Below, piece by piece: positions 15,811 through 30,289 of a stretch of DNA of 64,000 bases. A model generated the notes under the pieces. It searched no databases, was not told the DNA's origin, and was given only the letters and a program-made list of their open reading frames with translations. Both the position numbers and the translations under genes were made by a program. The DNA is from Chrysomallon squamiferum (lineage: Eukaryota; Animalia; Mollusca), in NCBI GenBank assembly GCA_012295275.1, contig CM022667.1:16058001-16122000 (forward strand). Reading direction: 5' to 3'. Position 1 is the first letter of the stretch. Every line of letters starts with the position of its first letter.

Positions 15811-17546
15811 TAGATAGATAGGGATTTACTAGTAAAAAGGAGGGCAAAAATTTAATATATAAAATATATATAATAATAATATTAAGAAAATAAAAGAAGG
15901 AATGGAGCAATAGTCAGTGTTTTCGCCATCTATATTCGTTATTGAAGTCGACTGCGATGAAGAGATGAATGCAGAAATAGCTGTGAGCAAACAGGGCACT
16001 GACACAATTTTACGTATTTGTAAATTAATAGACACACATATGCACTGCAGGCATAAAGAACGAAAATGCTAGATTTACAGTTAGACAACAATTACCTGAA
16101 CCAATCGGGCGAGGAGTATTTTGATCGGATGACTGAATTTTTTTGATTACTGATCTGTCATGCAGAACACAATTACTCAAAAAAGCGAATATTTAAAGAG
16201 TATTTTTGTTTTGTTTTGTTTTAATCGATAGTATGTGTACAAACATTCGATATATTTTTTTAAACTGATGATATTTTACAAATAAATCTTGAAAATTATG
16301 AGCTGTAAAATAAAAAAATAAAATAAAATAAAAAAATAATAAAAAAATAAAAAATAAAAAACAAACAAACAAACAAAGCAACAAACAAATATAATAAAAA
16401 TGATAACCTGAAATACACAGTTGAGTGTAAATTACAGAAAATGTATTTACTCTGGTTCAGGTGCACCGTCCCAGTGAGAAATTAATAAAATATTTTCTGT
16501 ACTGTCGAATGCATGTCAGAGTTATTAAATTTATGAATGCTATCCAAGAACTGTACGTATAACACAAGTACCACGTTAATGACTTTATAGGAAGCTAGAC
16601 AGACAGATAGATACATAAATAATGCTTTCAAGTGATTCTGACATGAAATTAACGACCTTAAGGGCAAGCCAGACAGATATACACGTGTATAATGCACAAC
16701 GGTGTTAAATGGTGATGACATTAAACGTTTCTTCTTTCACTGAACCGTTGTATCTGTAAGCGTTTTATTATAAAAATTATTAATTCATTAATAGCTCTAA
16801 ACGGATATTATGACACTACCAAACTAGCATGAGACCAGCGGATGCGGCTGTAATTAGACTCTGTAGGTTTATAAATAGATATTACCCTTATTGCATTTCA
16901 CCGTGACAGCGAGTGCTTTGTAAATTCTTTTTGCTTTACTGGTAGACGTTTATGCATGCAAATCTGTCGTGCTGTTTATTATCAGTTTAACATCAAATTA
17001 AAGGGAGCACAATTAACACATATCTTCGAACAGACGCAAAGATAACAAGCACTTTTGTTCGTAGTTCAGTAAACAGTGTATATTATTTGTCGGCTATTTT
17101 TCTCTAAACAGACTCGCTATTTGACAGTTTTATAAAGCAGACGTTCAATATATATATATTTTTTTTCATTTTCTAAAAACGTAATTGTTAACTTTAAAGG
17201 CCTCATACTTTGTATTATTCCTTGAAGATCAAATCAGTGCTTAATAGTTAAACTGGAAGCTGACAAATAATTAGATGACTCGCTGAATGTCCATGAATCA
17301 ACAGCTTGTCATTAAGTGAGTTTAAACAGGTGTACCTTCATATGGCGATTTATAGTGTAAAGCGTTTTTTGTTATTTATTAAGTAAAATTTTGAAAATGT
17401 TTAAGAATACACAGAAATAATACAGTTACTTATTATTCCATTCTCAGATTCATGTACATCACTGACATATATTCAAGTAAGTTATATATGTTGTAAATGT
17501 TATTTTTGCAAATACATTATATATTATAATAAAATCTATCTATCTA

Positions 17547-17611
<65 letters not shown>

Positions 17612-18704
17612 ATTTATCTAAGATAGGTAGATAGATAGAAATATAATGGTGTCCGGTCACGATGTATGATAGCTTATGGATAATATTAATCAACAGTTAT
17701 ATTGCATTTTAGATAGAAAATAAGTATTTACTTTTTATATACTGTACGTGATAAGTACTTAGTATCATACCTGAGAAAAAATAATTGGCAATCATCCATG
17801 ACCTTTCAAAGACAGTGAGCTTGTTTTTTTTTTTATTTTAAATATGTTGATGGATTGGAAATAAACATTTTATCTTGTATATGTACATTTTTTTTTTGCT
17901 TAACGTAATTCAGATGTGTTAACGCGCTATTCAAAACTCGTTGGTTATCTGAAGTCAGTGCCGGAATAAAAAAATATCGTGTTTATCTTGAAGAGGTTTT
18001 TCGCGATTCTCTTAGTTCTGAGTTCCACGTAATAATGCAGTTTATGTGATCTTATTTATTTATTTATTTATTCATATTTTCTATTTATTCAGTTACTTTT
18101 TTAATTATTGTGTTTTACCTTCTGGAAGGTACTGACTAGTGAGCTGTGTAATATCACTATTCCTCTAGCACTATCTAATAAATCTTCTAGGTTTGAAATT
18201 TACACAGTGTATTTTATCTAACAGTATTTAAAAAAAAAAAAGAAAAAAGGAACAACGGCGTCAAATTCAACGAAAACCAAAAATAGAGTAACATTAAAAA
18301 AAGAGAAATGATGAATAACGACATGGGCAGTAACAACAACCACATATCTGACATTTGTACTGCTAATGCACATAGTTAAACAAGCATTTTCCCTTTTCTT
18401 TCAGTAAATCGAATAAATGGATTTATTTGCAGGAAGGTAATTGATTTTTCTGTTGGAGACGGAATCTGAACTGTTGTTGAAATACTAATGAACCAAATGC
18501 AGGCAATCTACTGATGGTTCAGTTTGTTTTGACGCAAGCCCCGATACTTAACGAAGACAAAATCGCGGTGAGCATAGGTATTTTTAGACATACTCACCTA
18601 CGAGAATTCTAGAAGCATCTTTTCATGTAAGAAGCACTTTTCTTTTTCTTATTTTTTTTTTTTGCAACATAGTTTGGCCAAGGTTTAATGAATGAATGAA
18701 TGAA

Positions 18705-18751
<47 letters not shown>

Positions 18752-19857
18752 ACAAACAAATAAATAACGATCGTATTATTGGAAGTTAAGGAAAAGCATC
18801 ATTCAGCAAAATTCATCCCTTTTCTTCAGTTTACAATGGTCACGTAAATATAAATAAATCTTAATACTTCGTCTCTCTTCGTTTCGAAACATGTTTTAGA
18901 ATACAACATTTTCGACAGATTGAGATAAATACATGAATGTTTAACGGCATCCCAGACGAAAAACGTATCAGCTATTCGTGTCAAACAAAGGTAACCACAT
19001 CAAAATGGTGGTTACTTTATATATATATATATATATATATATTTATACATAAAATTGTAAAATTAATTAAAACACAATGTAAAGAACTGTACAAAAATAG
19101 AAGAATCACTTTAATTAAACTTCAAAAATTCTGTCTCTCTCAGAAAATTTAAAACAAGTTCAGGATGGAATCGAAATGATTCCTAACATTTGTTTGACAA
19201 ATTTATCTTTCCTAATCTGCTTAAGATAATGGAAAACCACCAGATGCAGCGCACTGTCAGAGCACACTGACAGTGTTCACACTGAGGCGAGGATCCGTTT
19301 TCACGATGAATGAATCGGCCAGATAAACAAGACCGATGCGGGAACGAAACAAGACTATCTCATCCTTCCTGCAGGAGGACTGCCACGCTCAAAGGACTTG
19401 CTTGACAGAATGAAGTTTGTTCGAGATAAACGTAAGTTTTAACCGAGAAACATTTACAGCTGATTCTATATGCATATCCGCTTTAGTGTGACGTTTTAAT
19501 ACTGGCGTTTTCTTTCTATCTCTGTTTTTACGTCATGAAAATTACATTACAAAAAGACACTCACCACCTCGTTATTGATTACAGAAGGTCTTAGTAGCGA
19601 CAAATAACTGTTTGTCTTTTTCCACGCGCACACAGACATACCCACACACAGACAGACAAACAGATATTAAAATAGTTTAGAAGTGCGACGTAGTTTGGAT
19701 TCTCTACAATTTTGGCAGCCACACTTAAATTACCCTTGACATGTTTAACTACACATTGCTTTATCATCTTCTAAAATAAATAATTAATTGTCACTTTTCC
19801 CTGGCCGAACACAGAGTACCAGTATCATCATGCTTGGATACGAGGATGTTAGACAGG

Positions 19858-19912
19858 CAAGGCGTATATAATATTAGCAGGAATCCAAAAATTAAAAAGA
19901 ATTAAAAAAAAT

Positions 19913-19954
<42 letters not shown>

Positions 19955-20064
19955 AAAGAATAAAGAAATAAATAAAAATAGGAAAAACGAAAATATGCGC
20001 CATTTTACACCTGCTTTTGGGAGCGACTGCCCACCCCATCAGCTCCAGGCTGGATACGCCTTTG
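19858..20064. mobile_element. Possible degenerate hAT-like MITE
   Basis: CAAGGCGTATA...TGGATACGCCTTTG imperfect inverted termini, with GC-rich sequence near the right end. No TSD recognisable. Confidence 0.3.
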
Positions 20065-20585
20065 AGATAAAATGGATGGATAGATGGATGGGTAGACTGA
20101 TAGACAGAGTGATAAACAAATTATAAATAAACACAAATCAGTTCGAATTTTCAATGAATTTATATAAATAAACGTGGAATCGTAAAAAACTGTCTGTAAC
20201 ATAAAACCATAAAAAGAAATAATTAGAGCAAATAAAACAGAATTTCATCGATCAAATACCAAAATAAAATCATTGACCGTTTTATTAGATATGGCTGTCA
20301 AATCTGAAGAGTCTAGATTTAACATCTGTCATCGTTTTCTAGAAAAATAATTTCAGCTGATCAAATAATACTTTACTGTGAAAGCCAAAGATATTACAGA
20401 TAAATGAGTGTCGACTGAAAGAGTGAGGAGTGTGTGTGTGTGTGTGTATGTGTGTGTATGTGTATGTATGTGTGTATGTGTGTGTGTGTATGTGTGTGTA
20501 TGTGTATGTATGTGAGTGTGTGTGTGTGTGTGTGTGTGTCTATGTGTGTGTGTGTATGTCTATGTACGTTAGAAAAGGAAATATA

Positions 20586-20722
<137 letters not shown>

Positions 20723-21710
20723 ACATACGCAGTCACTGATAGTTAGTGAGAACCCACATAAGAGCAATCCGATAAGAAAATGACGTATGTGCTCTTTCTG
20801 GAAGCGTGAACAAAGACTTATTGGTAATTGATGGCCAGAAGATAAATGTTATTATTAATCGATATTTAAGACGAATGAAGAACACTAAACAATACATTAA
20901 TCTTCGTGATGGACGCTAGGCCTTGATAATTTATAACTTTATAGTTCTTGTTCTTATTTTATTATTAATCATCTTACTTCAGTTCTTATTGCTGTTTTTT
21001 TGAACTTGTTGTTTTTGTTTATTTGTTCTTGTTTTTGTTGTTGCTTCCGTTTGAATTCTTGTTGATGCTTCTGATCTTGTTTATGCTCTGGCTGCTGTTT
21101 CTTTCTTTTTTAATGTTTTTTAAAAATTAATTCTAAATCTAATGATAATGAAAAGGACAAGAGATGAGCAAATACAAAAGAAAAAAGAAAGATTTTGTAA
21201 TTTAGATATTATGAGAAAATGACAGACTGATCAGTAGAAAGAAAGAGAGAATGGATACAAAGAAAACAGTTATCTTTTATTCCTACATAGTTTGTTATTG
21301 TAACAATAAGAGAATGTTAATGTTTGTAGAAAATAAAAGTTATTTAAAGGGAAACTCATTTTTCTAGTAGTAACATTTTGTATTTTAATATTTTAATTTG
21401 TTTTTAAAATAGCAGCAGTGATATTTATTCTTTTTTTTTATGTAGATGTACTGAAATTAAAAAATATATAATTTGTTTCACATCATTTAGCTTTGATATT
21501 TTTAGTTATAAAATCCACGCGTTCATTCAACAGTAAAATCAGATCTAAAATAATCGTTGTAATTCACAACAACAGACAGATAAATATAAAACACAATTCA
21601 CAGGATTAAGTACTACTAGTAACATAACAGCAAAATCCTTTAACTGCTACAACTACTACCACTTCTACTACTATGACTACTACTACGATTTCTTCAACTA
21701 CTAGTACTCT

Positions 21711-21752
<42 letters not shown>

Positions 21753-22040
21753 AACTACTGTTACCACCACTATTACTGCTACTTGTCTATTCTTAAACTT
21801 TAAATGCAAATTATGAGGAAATTAATCTCTGTCCCATTATCCGATATCTGCAGAACGGTGAAGTGATCCGAAATAATTGAACGTGTGTGGAATGACAGAA
21901 ATGAATGTACAATCACGTCTTCTGACACTGAAAAGCCAGACACGATGTAACTAGTTTGTCTAATTCAGAATTTCATTCAAACAGACCTAATTTCGAAACA
22001 CAGAACAGTCGTGTATAAACTAAACACCGGAATGTGTGTG

Positions 22041-22178
<138 letters not shown>

Positions 22179-22856
22179 ATAAATATAGGTAAAAGCTATA
22201 TTGAGAACTAGGAAAAGATGTAATTTTATATCTCCATTCATCCATTCATCCGTCTACCCGTCTCTCTGTCTCACCTTAACTATCCGTTCGTCTGACTGTA
22301 TTTATATCACTGTAAATATGTATAATTATAACCTTCTATATCCCTCAAAAAGATCTATTACACCCATTCCAAACTTCAAACAACTGAAAACATGAAAGGA
22401 ATAACATCTCCGTGATCTTTGCCTCTGGCTCTCATAGTTAAAAACTAGTTTCATATGATCATCGTCGCCTGCTTGTTCATTCAGTGTGATTGTAATGAAA
22501 TCTTATATTATTAAAATCTGGTATTAAAATCAATAACCGATCAACTGTAAACCGAATTGAAGTAAACTCGATCAGACCAAAGACATCAAAAAACATTGTG
22601 CTGTAGACACGTTGTCTGAAAGACCTAAATTCATATCGTTGAACATAACGAAATTACTGCAAATATGCTCAAGTTATTTTTTAAACTGTGCCTTTGGATA
22701 TAGGAAGAAATAGTCTATATTCCGCATACATGGAAATTATTTTTTATGTGCTTCTTGTTGTTCAGTCTTAACTAATAACGAAGTGTAGCAAAAATATATC
22801 TTGGAATCCATACTTTTTATACTCTTCGCATTCCGGCGGGTCTGTGGGCTCTAAAG

Positions 22857-23061
22857 TCTCTTCTTAATGTCCAGGAAAATGTATAGCTATCTGTTCAACA
22901 AAAACAAGTTAATACGTAATTTTTTTTTTTTTTTTTTTTATGCTAAGACAAACATAATTTTCTCTTCTTAATGTCAGGAAGATATATAACTATTTATTCA
23001 ACAAAAACAGGTTAATAAGTAATTCTTTATTTTCTTTTTTATACTAAAATAAAACAGATTT
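22857..23061. repeat. Diverged tandem duplication, period about 105 bp
   Basis: TCTCTTCTTAATGTC..GGAA...TTCAACAAAAACA.GTTAATA.GTAATT occurs twice. Confidence 0.8.
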
Positions 23062-23424
23062 CCCAATAGACTGGAATTTGCGATACAATAATCAAATTTT
23101 TATTTTTATTTTTAATCTTGAATTTGGTTTTTTTCTTACAAAATCATTAAATGTTTTTGCTCTCTCCGTATTCAGGTAAGCAGATTACGTAACCAGTCAC
23201 AGGAAATTCATTAAGCTTGAGAAGAAAATGAATAGGAAAGATACGAAGAAAAAAAGAAAGAAAAGAGATCAAACTAAATTATGTATTCTGGCGGAGACAT
23301 GATTTGAATTATCTATTAAAACTGAAAAGACAATAACATCATTATTATGACTAATCATGAGGCAACAAGTTTTTCTAAAACTTGATATTTGTATTTTCTG
23401 AAGAAAACATATTACAACAACAAT

Positions 23425-23475
<51 letters not shown>

Positions 23476-23681
23476 AATTCTTCTTATTATTAATAGTAGT
23501 AGTAGTAGTGGCAGCTTTTAGATGTAAATAAGTAAATAAATAAATAAATGCAAATATCTACAATAATTTTAGTAATAAAAAACAACAACAACAACAACAA
23601 CAAAAAACTACTGCTACTACTAAATAAATAAAAGAAAAGAAATAAATAAAGAAATATTTTATAGATAAATAAATAAATAAA

Positions 23682-23733
<52 letters not shown>

Positions 23734-23843
23734 TTAAATAAATAAATAAATAGAACGAATAAATAATAATTATGAGATTACCCGAGGATAATGGAGGGAA
23801 GGCCTCGTGACGTCATAGAGGAACAATTCGTCTTGCGTCATAG

Positions 23844-23907
<64 letters not shown>

Positions 23908-24227
23908 ATGTCGCATACTTGTGTATTTCTATTTATGTTTTCTGTTTTTCCGTCTACTGCTTTCAACAACAAGAATATAAAAGTATTATTATTATTATTA
24001 GTAGTAGTAGTAGTAGTTGTTGATGTAGAAGTAAAAATAATATTAATAAAAACATGTTATAATATTAAATGTGCTACTTCATGAATAGTTATGTCCAGGT
24101 AAAGCAAATTTGTTGAGAAAAAAGGGAGAAAGAAATCAGAGAATAATTCAAAGATAGAAGAAAGACACCGAGAAAAGAGGAAGAGAATGACAAAGCGTGT
24201 GTGTATGTTGTGTGTGTGTGTAGAGAT

Positions 24228-24262
<35 letters not shown>

Positions 24263-24485
24263 TGGATAAAGTAAGTAACACGCAAATTCTCCTTTACAAA
24301 ACAACCAGGCATTAAAGGGTGTGATCAGCTCTCGACATGAAGTAAGTTTAGTTTGTTATTCCAATATATTTATGAACACTACACAAAACTGTTCTAAGTT
24401 TACGTGTTACTGAGGTCAAAGACTTCAGCTTCACTGATAATTATTTCACTGACGCGTAATTACAGTCACACTGACCAACGACAAG

Positions 24486-24585
<100 letters not shown>

Positions 24586-24820
24586 TATATCTCTCTCTAT
24601 TTCTGCCTCACTCTTTTCTTTCTCTGATTTATTCCCATTCTATCTGTTTCTTTTTTCTATTCTGTCTCTCTCCCTCCCTCCCCCCTCTCTCTCTTTCTCT
24701 CTCTCTCTCATTCACTCACTCACTCTATCTGTCTGTCAGTGTATATATCTCTCTTTCTTACTGCATTATTATTTTAGCATTACCTATTTCCGTGTCATTC
24801 GTTCACTCTCTTTTTGCTTT

Positions 24821-25300
24821 CACACACTTTATCGTCAGACCATAAAACGAAAATAAAAATCATACGATTATTTTGAAAGCTTTGCTGTTGTTTTCGGTGT
24901 ATTCATTGTATCTGCAATTAGACCTTAGGGAAAACTTGTTAAAAGCTTAAACGATGTACTTAAGGTAACGTACTGAAGATAATGACCACGTAAATAAACA
25001 TGTAGGTTATGAACGTGCCAACATGTATGTCGTTAATATTAACTCCTTTGTGATAGTATGCTATGAATGTTTGTACATGTAAATACACACGTTATCGTCA
25101 GATCATAAAACGAAAACAAAACACATACAATTATGCAGAAAGCTTTGCTGTTGTTTTCAGTTTATCCATTACATTTATAATTAGACCTTAGGGAAAACTT
25201 GCTAAAAGGCTAAATGTAGTTAAGGATATGTACTGAGGATAACGACCATGTAAGTAAACATGTAGGAGACGAGCGTGCCAACATGTCAGACGTTAACATA
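24821..25300. repeat. Diverged tandem duplication, period about 265 bp
   Basis: TTATCGTCAGA.CATAAAACGAAAA...GAAAGCTTTGCTGTTGTTTTC...AATTAGACCTTAGGGAAAACTTG...CGTGCCAACATGT occurs twice. Confidence 0.85.
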
Positions 25301-25399
25301 ATATAAATACTGGTGTCTCTAACCCGCAAGTTAAAACTCTTTCTTTGTCTCAGATTCGATCTGTGTGTTTGTCTATATCTGGCTGTCTCTATCTCTGTC

Positions 25400-25407
25400 G
25401 CTGTCTA

Positions 25408-25472
<65 letters not shown>

Positions 25473-25783
25473 GTGTCTCTCAGACACTCTCTCTCTGTCT
25501 CTCAGACTCTCATTCTTTCGCTACTCTCTCTCTCTGTCTCTCACACTCTCTCTCACTCTCTCTTTCGCTACTTTCTCTCTCTCTGTCTCTCACACTCTCA
25601 CTCTCTCTTTCGCTACTCTCTCTCTCTCACTCTCTCTCTCTCTATCTCTCACACACACATACACTCTCTCTCTCTCTCTGTCTCTGTCTCTCAGACTCTC
25701 TCTCTCTCTGTCTCTCACTCTCTCTCTGTCTCTCACTCTCTCACTCTTTCGCTACTCTCTCTCTGTCTCTCTCACTCTCTCTT

Positions 25784-25827
<44 letters not shown>

Positions 25828-25848
25828 ACAGACACACATACACACACA

Positions 25849-25939
<91 letters not shown>
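25400..25939. repeat. Compound (CTGT)n/(CT)n microsatellite with embedded repeated CTTTCGCTACT motifs
   Basis: Seen directly; it explains the three overlapping low-complexity ORFs. Confidence 0.95.
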
Positions 25940-25944
<5 letters not shown>

Positions 25945-27686
25945 AACTGCGCTAAGAATAGAACACAATAATAAATTAACAGTTGTCCTGTGTTGTGCTG
26001 ATGGCAGTGATTGAAGGTTGAGCACTGCTAATTACACCTGTGGGAAAGCTCGACTCAGCGTAAATAATATACTTAGTTCAGAGCATTGAACACAATGGAT
26101 AACGCGACATGCAGTTGTCAGCGTAATTACCTGTGACATGCAGAGTGAGATAGAAATGAAATGATGTCGAAACATAAAGAGTTATGATCTGTCTGTTTAT
26201 CTGTCGGCGTGACAACCTAATCGTTCGTTCGTTCGTTCGTTCGTTCAACAGCAATAATGGGCATCCTTCCATCCTTTCATATACCGTAGCGTTCATCCAT
26301 CAGCCAACCGATGATACGTTAGTTCAGTTCATTCACCCATTGATCAGTCCGTTATTCATTCAGTCCACCAGCCAGTCTGTTCATCCATTTAAATACAGTA
26401 AGTCAGTATACCTATCTGCCCATTCGTTCAATTATAGGTCGATCTTGATAGAGAGAAAATAATGAGATAAGTTAAGAGAAGGACAAAAATATAAAGAAAG
26501 AGAAAATAAATAGTGCAAATGGATGTACAAGGCGACAGAGGGAAGAGACAGAGAGACAGACTAAGACGGAGAGATAAGGAGAATCGGAGACAGAAAGGGA
26601 GAAAGACAAAAAGTGTTACATACTAGGATGTACAAGGCGACAGAAGGAGGGAGGGAGGGAGGGAGAGAGACAGCAAGAGAGAGAGAGAGAGAGAGACAGA
26701 GAGAGTATGTCAGAGGATAATGAGATATAGAAAGACATCAAAAGAAATATGTCAGACTGAGAGAAACAAGATAATTAAAGATGCAATATCCTCCGTCGAC
26801 CCATTATACACGGAACGAGTGAAAAGAGAATAATGAAGCTGTAATGAGCCGAAGACTAACGAAACACGAGCGAGTGTTTAACAAAACACGTCTAGACGAA
26901 ACACGACTGACGCAAACAAAAACAATGCAGCAAACAACAGCTCTGTTAACCTGTTTATTAATTCTACAGCAGTTCTTCTCTGCTAATACACGTGTAATTG
27001 AAAACGGCGAGATAAAGCAAAGTTCCATTACAGATCAATGTTAAGAAAGTAGTATATTGTGTGGATGAGACGTTGAAACGTTAAAATGGACGGACGGATA
27101 ATTCGTGATTTATCGTTTCAATATGGCCGACATGCATCCGACAACGTAGTCCTGTTTCGTATCTCAATAAAGTGTTAGAATTTTAAGAAGGCATGTACAT
27201 TTGACTGCTCCTACATTTGTCTTGATAACGAAACCTATTTTAATAATTAATACAAAATAGTATTTACATATATTTTATCCAGGATTTGTTAAATATTTAT
27301 AATTGGTATCAGTTACAGTTTAAGCAAATGAAAAAGAAATAGATTATATATGTTGTATTTTTAATGAATGATGTTTAAACTTAAGAATACACTAACAAAT
27401 CCAAAACGAAAAGAACAGTTAAACGAAGATAACGATGATTATGATGATGATACTAACAGCAGTAATAATCGTAGTGGTGGTCGTAGTAGTTGTTATAGTA
27501 GTAAAAACAGTAATAGTGAAGATGGCATAAAAATCATAATATTATAGTAGTCGTTACCCTTGTTATCATAAGAAACATGCAATGCGTTCGTCTTTTCAAA
27601 TTTTTTGAAAATAAAAATTAATTTAAGAAGAAATAAAAATAATTATAGTGCACTCATACTTAAAGCCAAAAAAAAAAAAAAAAATA

Positions 27687-27731
<45 letters not shown>

Positions 27732-28335
27732 AAAATGGAAAAAGAAAAGAAGAAGAAGAAAAAGTCTGTACGAATTTAACTTTGAATAATTACTAATTAC
27801 ACGAGTGAAACTGAAGACATCTCTTTGTCTGTCAAACAGTCATGGATTTTAAATATAGACTTGAAATCTGGTAATTTACGAGTACATAACACTAATCAAG
27901 ATGAAATCGATTTCCTGTCAGTATTAGAAGAGTGGGCAGATATTTTTAAAAAACTGATTTTAAGGCGATCAACGGTGACTGTTAGAATCAATTACATGCA
28001 GTTCCTCAGCGTGTTGAGAGATGAGTAAATCTGTCAAAAACTGCATGGCGTGTGTAAATCTCTGTCTGGTTACTCCTTTGTGTGATTTCCTTGTCTCTCA
28101 TCCATGAGTCTCTCCCTCTCAGTCTTACTATTATCGATGGCAATTTTATTTGAAAAATCCTGGTTAAGTTTGATTAGCATTAAATGCATGCATTCACCAT
28201 TAAGTTGGTATTCACACAAATACACATACAAAGTTTCATTCATTCATCCATTCATCCATTCATATACACAGATACACATACATACATACATATATACACA
28301 TACATACATATATACATACCTCTATACATGCATAC

Positions 28336-29055
28336 TAGGGTTCGGAAACCGGTATTTAAATTCAGGTAAATAACGGTTTTAGTAATTGATGGGTAATACC
28401 GTTACTGAAGCACCAATACCGGTTTTCTAAATTTTAACGAGTTATGTTGAGACATATGTTAGTTGTTAACATAAGATTATGTTAGTTACTCGGTTGTTGC
28501 TTGGGTGCCTTCAGATGCGAGTTCGATGCTCGTCTGTTTAATGTTCCATGTTTGATTGCTGACATCCTAAGTCATTTTGGCGACTAGTGATAAGGGATTG
28601 GCTCCTGCTTCTCGGTTGTCGCCCAAGACACTAGATGTTTTGTGTTTTTTAAAGTCATACTTCTCGAGTATCGATGAATGAATCAGAACTTTTCAAAAGT
28701 TGCAAAACATATGATGTTCATTTTCCTTCATTCCTTTTTATAAAATTCGCATTCACATTTCTTGTTTTTTTTTTTATTGCATGTACATTTCTTATATACC
28801 TTTTGTACCCATTTTAAGTTCTATAAAGGTTCATTTCACGATTTTTTATGAAGACAGGTAGGAAAAGGAGGATAATGAATAATGTTGTCAGATGAGTGTC
28901 AAATAATAAATAAAATGAATAAGTGTAAGAAAACAACAAAAGCCCCGTAAGAACCTTTTCCTATGCAAACTAACTAAAATCGGTGAAAATCGGTATTGAG
29001 AATATCTGTCGGTAATTTTACCGGTGTTGATATTATCTGTAATTTGCTAACCCTA
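28336..29055. mobile_element. Non-autonomous hAT-type DNA transposon (MITE), 720 bp
   Basis: Termini TAGGGTT...AACCCTA flanked by a perfect 8-bp TSD ATGCATAC (28328-28335 and 29056-29063). Repeated CGGTA/TACCG subterminal motifs at both ends. Confidence 0.85.
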
Positions 29056-30289
29056 ATGCATACATCTATACATATATAGCTACATGCATATATAAGCATA
29101 CATACTTAGAGTCAAATCGACAGTATGAGGCACTAATAAATAATATAATTATCAGAACAGTTTTATACACGTCTAGAGACATAACAAAAAATATAAATAA
29201 CAATAACTGTAAGTAATAAGTCATTAATTTAGTTGCCTATAAATCAAAGGTTTTTTTTCGTAGCAGTCGCTTCTGTCATGAAAACCGAATGTTTTGCTGG
29301 ACGATTTTTGTTTTTCTTTCTTTCTAATGACACAGATTTAACAGCAACGTTCTATCCTTTACAGTAAAGTGCTCTCCTTTGGTGACTCAGATCGTGAGTT
29401 TGTCCTAATGCAGATGCTATTAAGGACTCAAGAATGGAAACAGTAAATCTTCAATTCTGTTTTAGAGAACGCAAAGAAAACATTTATTTTGAAACGTAAG
29501 TAACGCTGTATGGTTTTTAGTAATATCAAACTGGAATGAATAACATGTCTGTACTGAACTGAACTCTGGTTTAACAAATTTAATTAATAGTTATTAAGGT
29601 TGATTTTTTTGCCTGTGTTTCTGTCATTAATTAGAATAAAGCCATCTTTTACGCAAGAAAAGAAAACATGGACCTATGATGAACCAATTGTATACGTTGA
29701 TTGGAACGGGAAATAAAGAAGGAGACAAATTACTTTTACTGCGACCTGGAATGAGAAATAGGCTATTAAACTTTGCTGTCGGTACTGATCTTTCAAGCAA
29801 CCTCATCTCAAATTGCAGAACTGCAACCCTCTCCTGTTTGTAAAACTGTCGTTCAATAATAATAAAAAGCCAATCTGGGTAGCAACATGCAGGATATTAC
29901 TTAGTCCAAGAGTCGTTTGTACATAAAACGGTCTTCATTTAATTTTCATTAGCTGCGTTGATAACTGAACTAACTAACGGCAAATAGTACGTCTTCTATT
30001 GATCTGACGAAACTAGTCTCGAGACCGTTGCGCAGCAGAAGCGATTTTCGCAGCTATTTTGACTAGAGTACACAAACGAGACATTCAAGCAAATGCGTGC
30101 AGACCAAACAGAACTGTCGCCAAGATTAACGCAACAAGTTTTGAAACAGGAACTGACCCTGTCAATAGCAAAATGACGTGTTGTATACAGAATTCTATCG
30201 AAAGTTTATTTTTCTCAAATTGGATGTCGTCCTGCAAGATGGTTACCAAAGGAAACACTGTTATTCAGAAAGTACGATAACTGCAATTA

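Noticed and set aside
25313-26014. Long Leu/Ser, Arg/Glu, Tyr/Ile and Val/Cys ORFs here and elsewhere (e.g. 9215-9883, 33551-34071, 44301-44639)
   Set aside because: They are translations of microsatellites.
26925-27044. Short ORF MQQTTALLTCLLILQQFFSANTRV... resembling a signal peptide
   Set aside because: Only about 39 codons, with no cleavage-site or neuropeptide motifs and no supporting exon structure.
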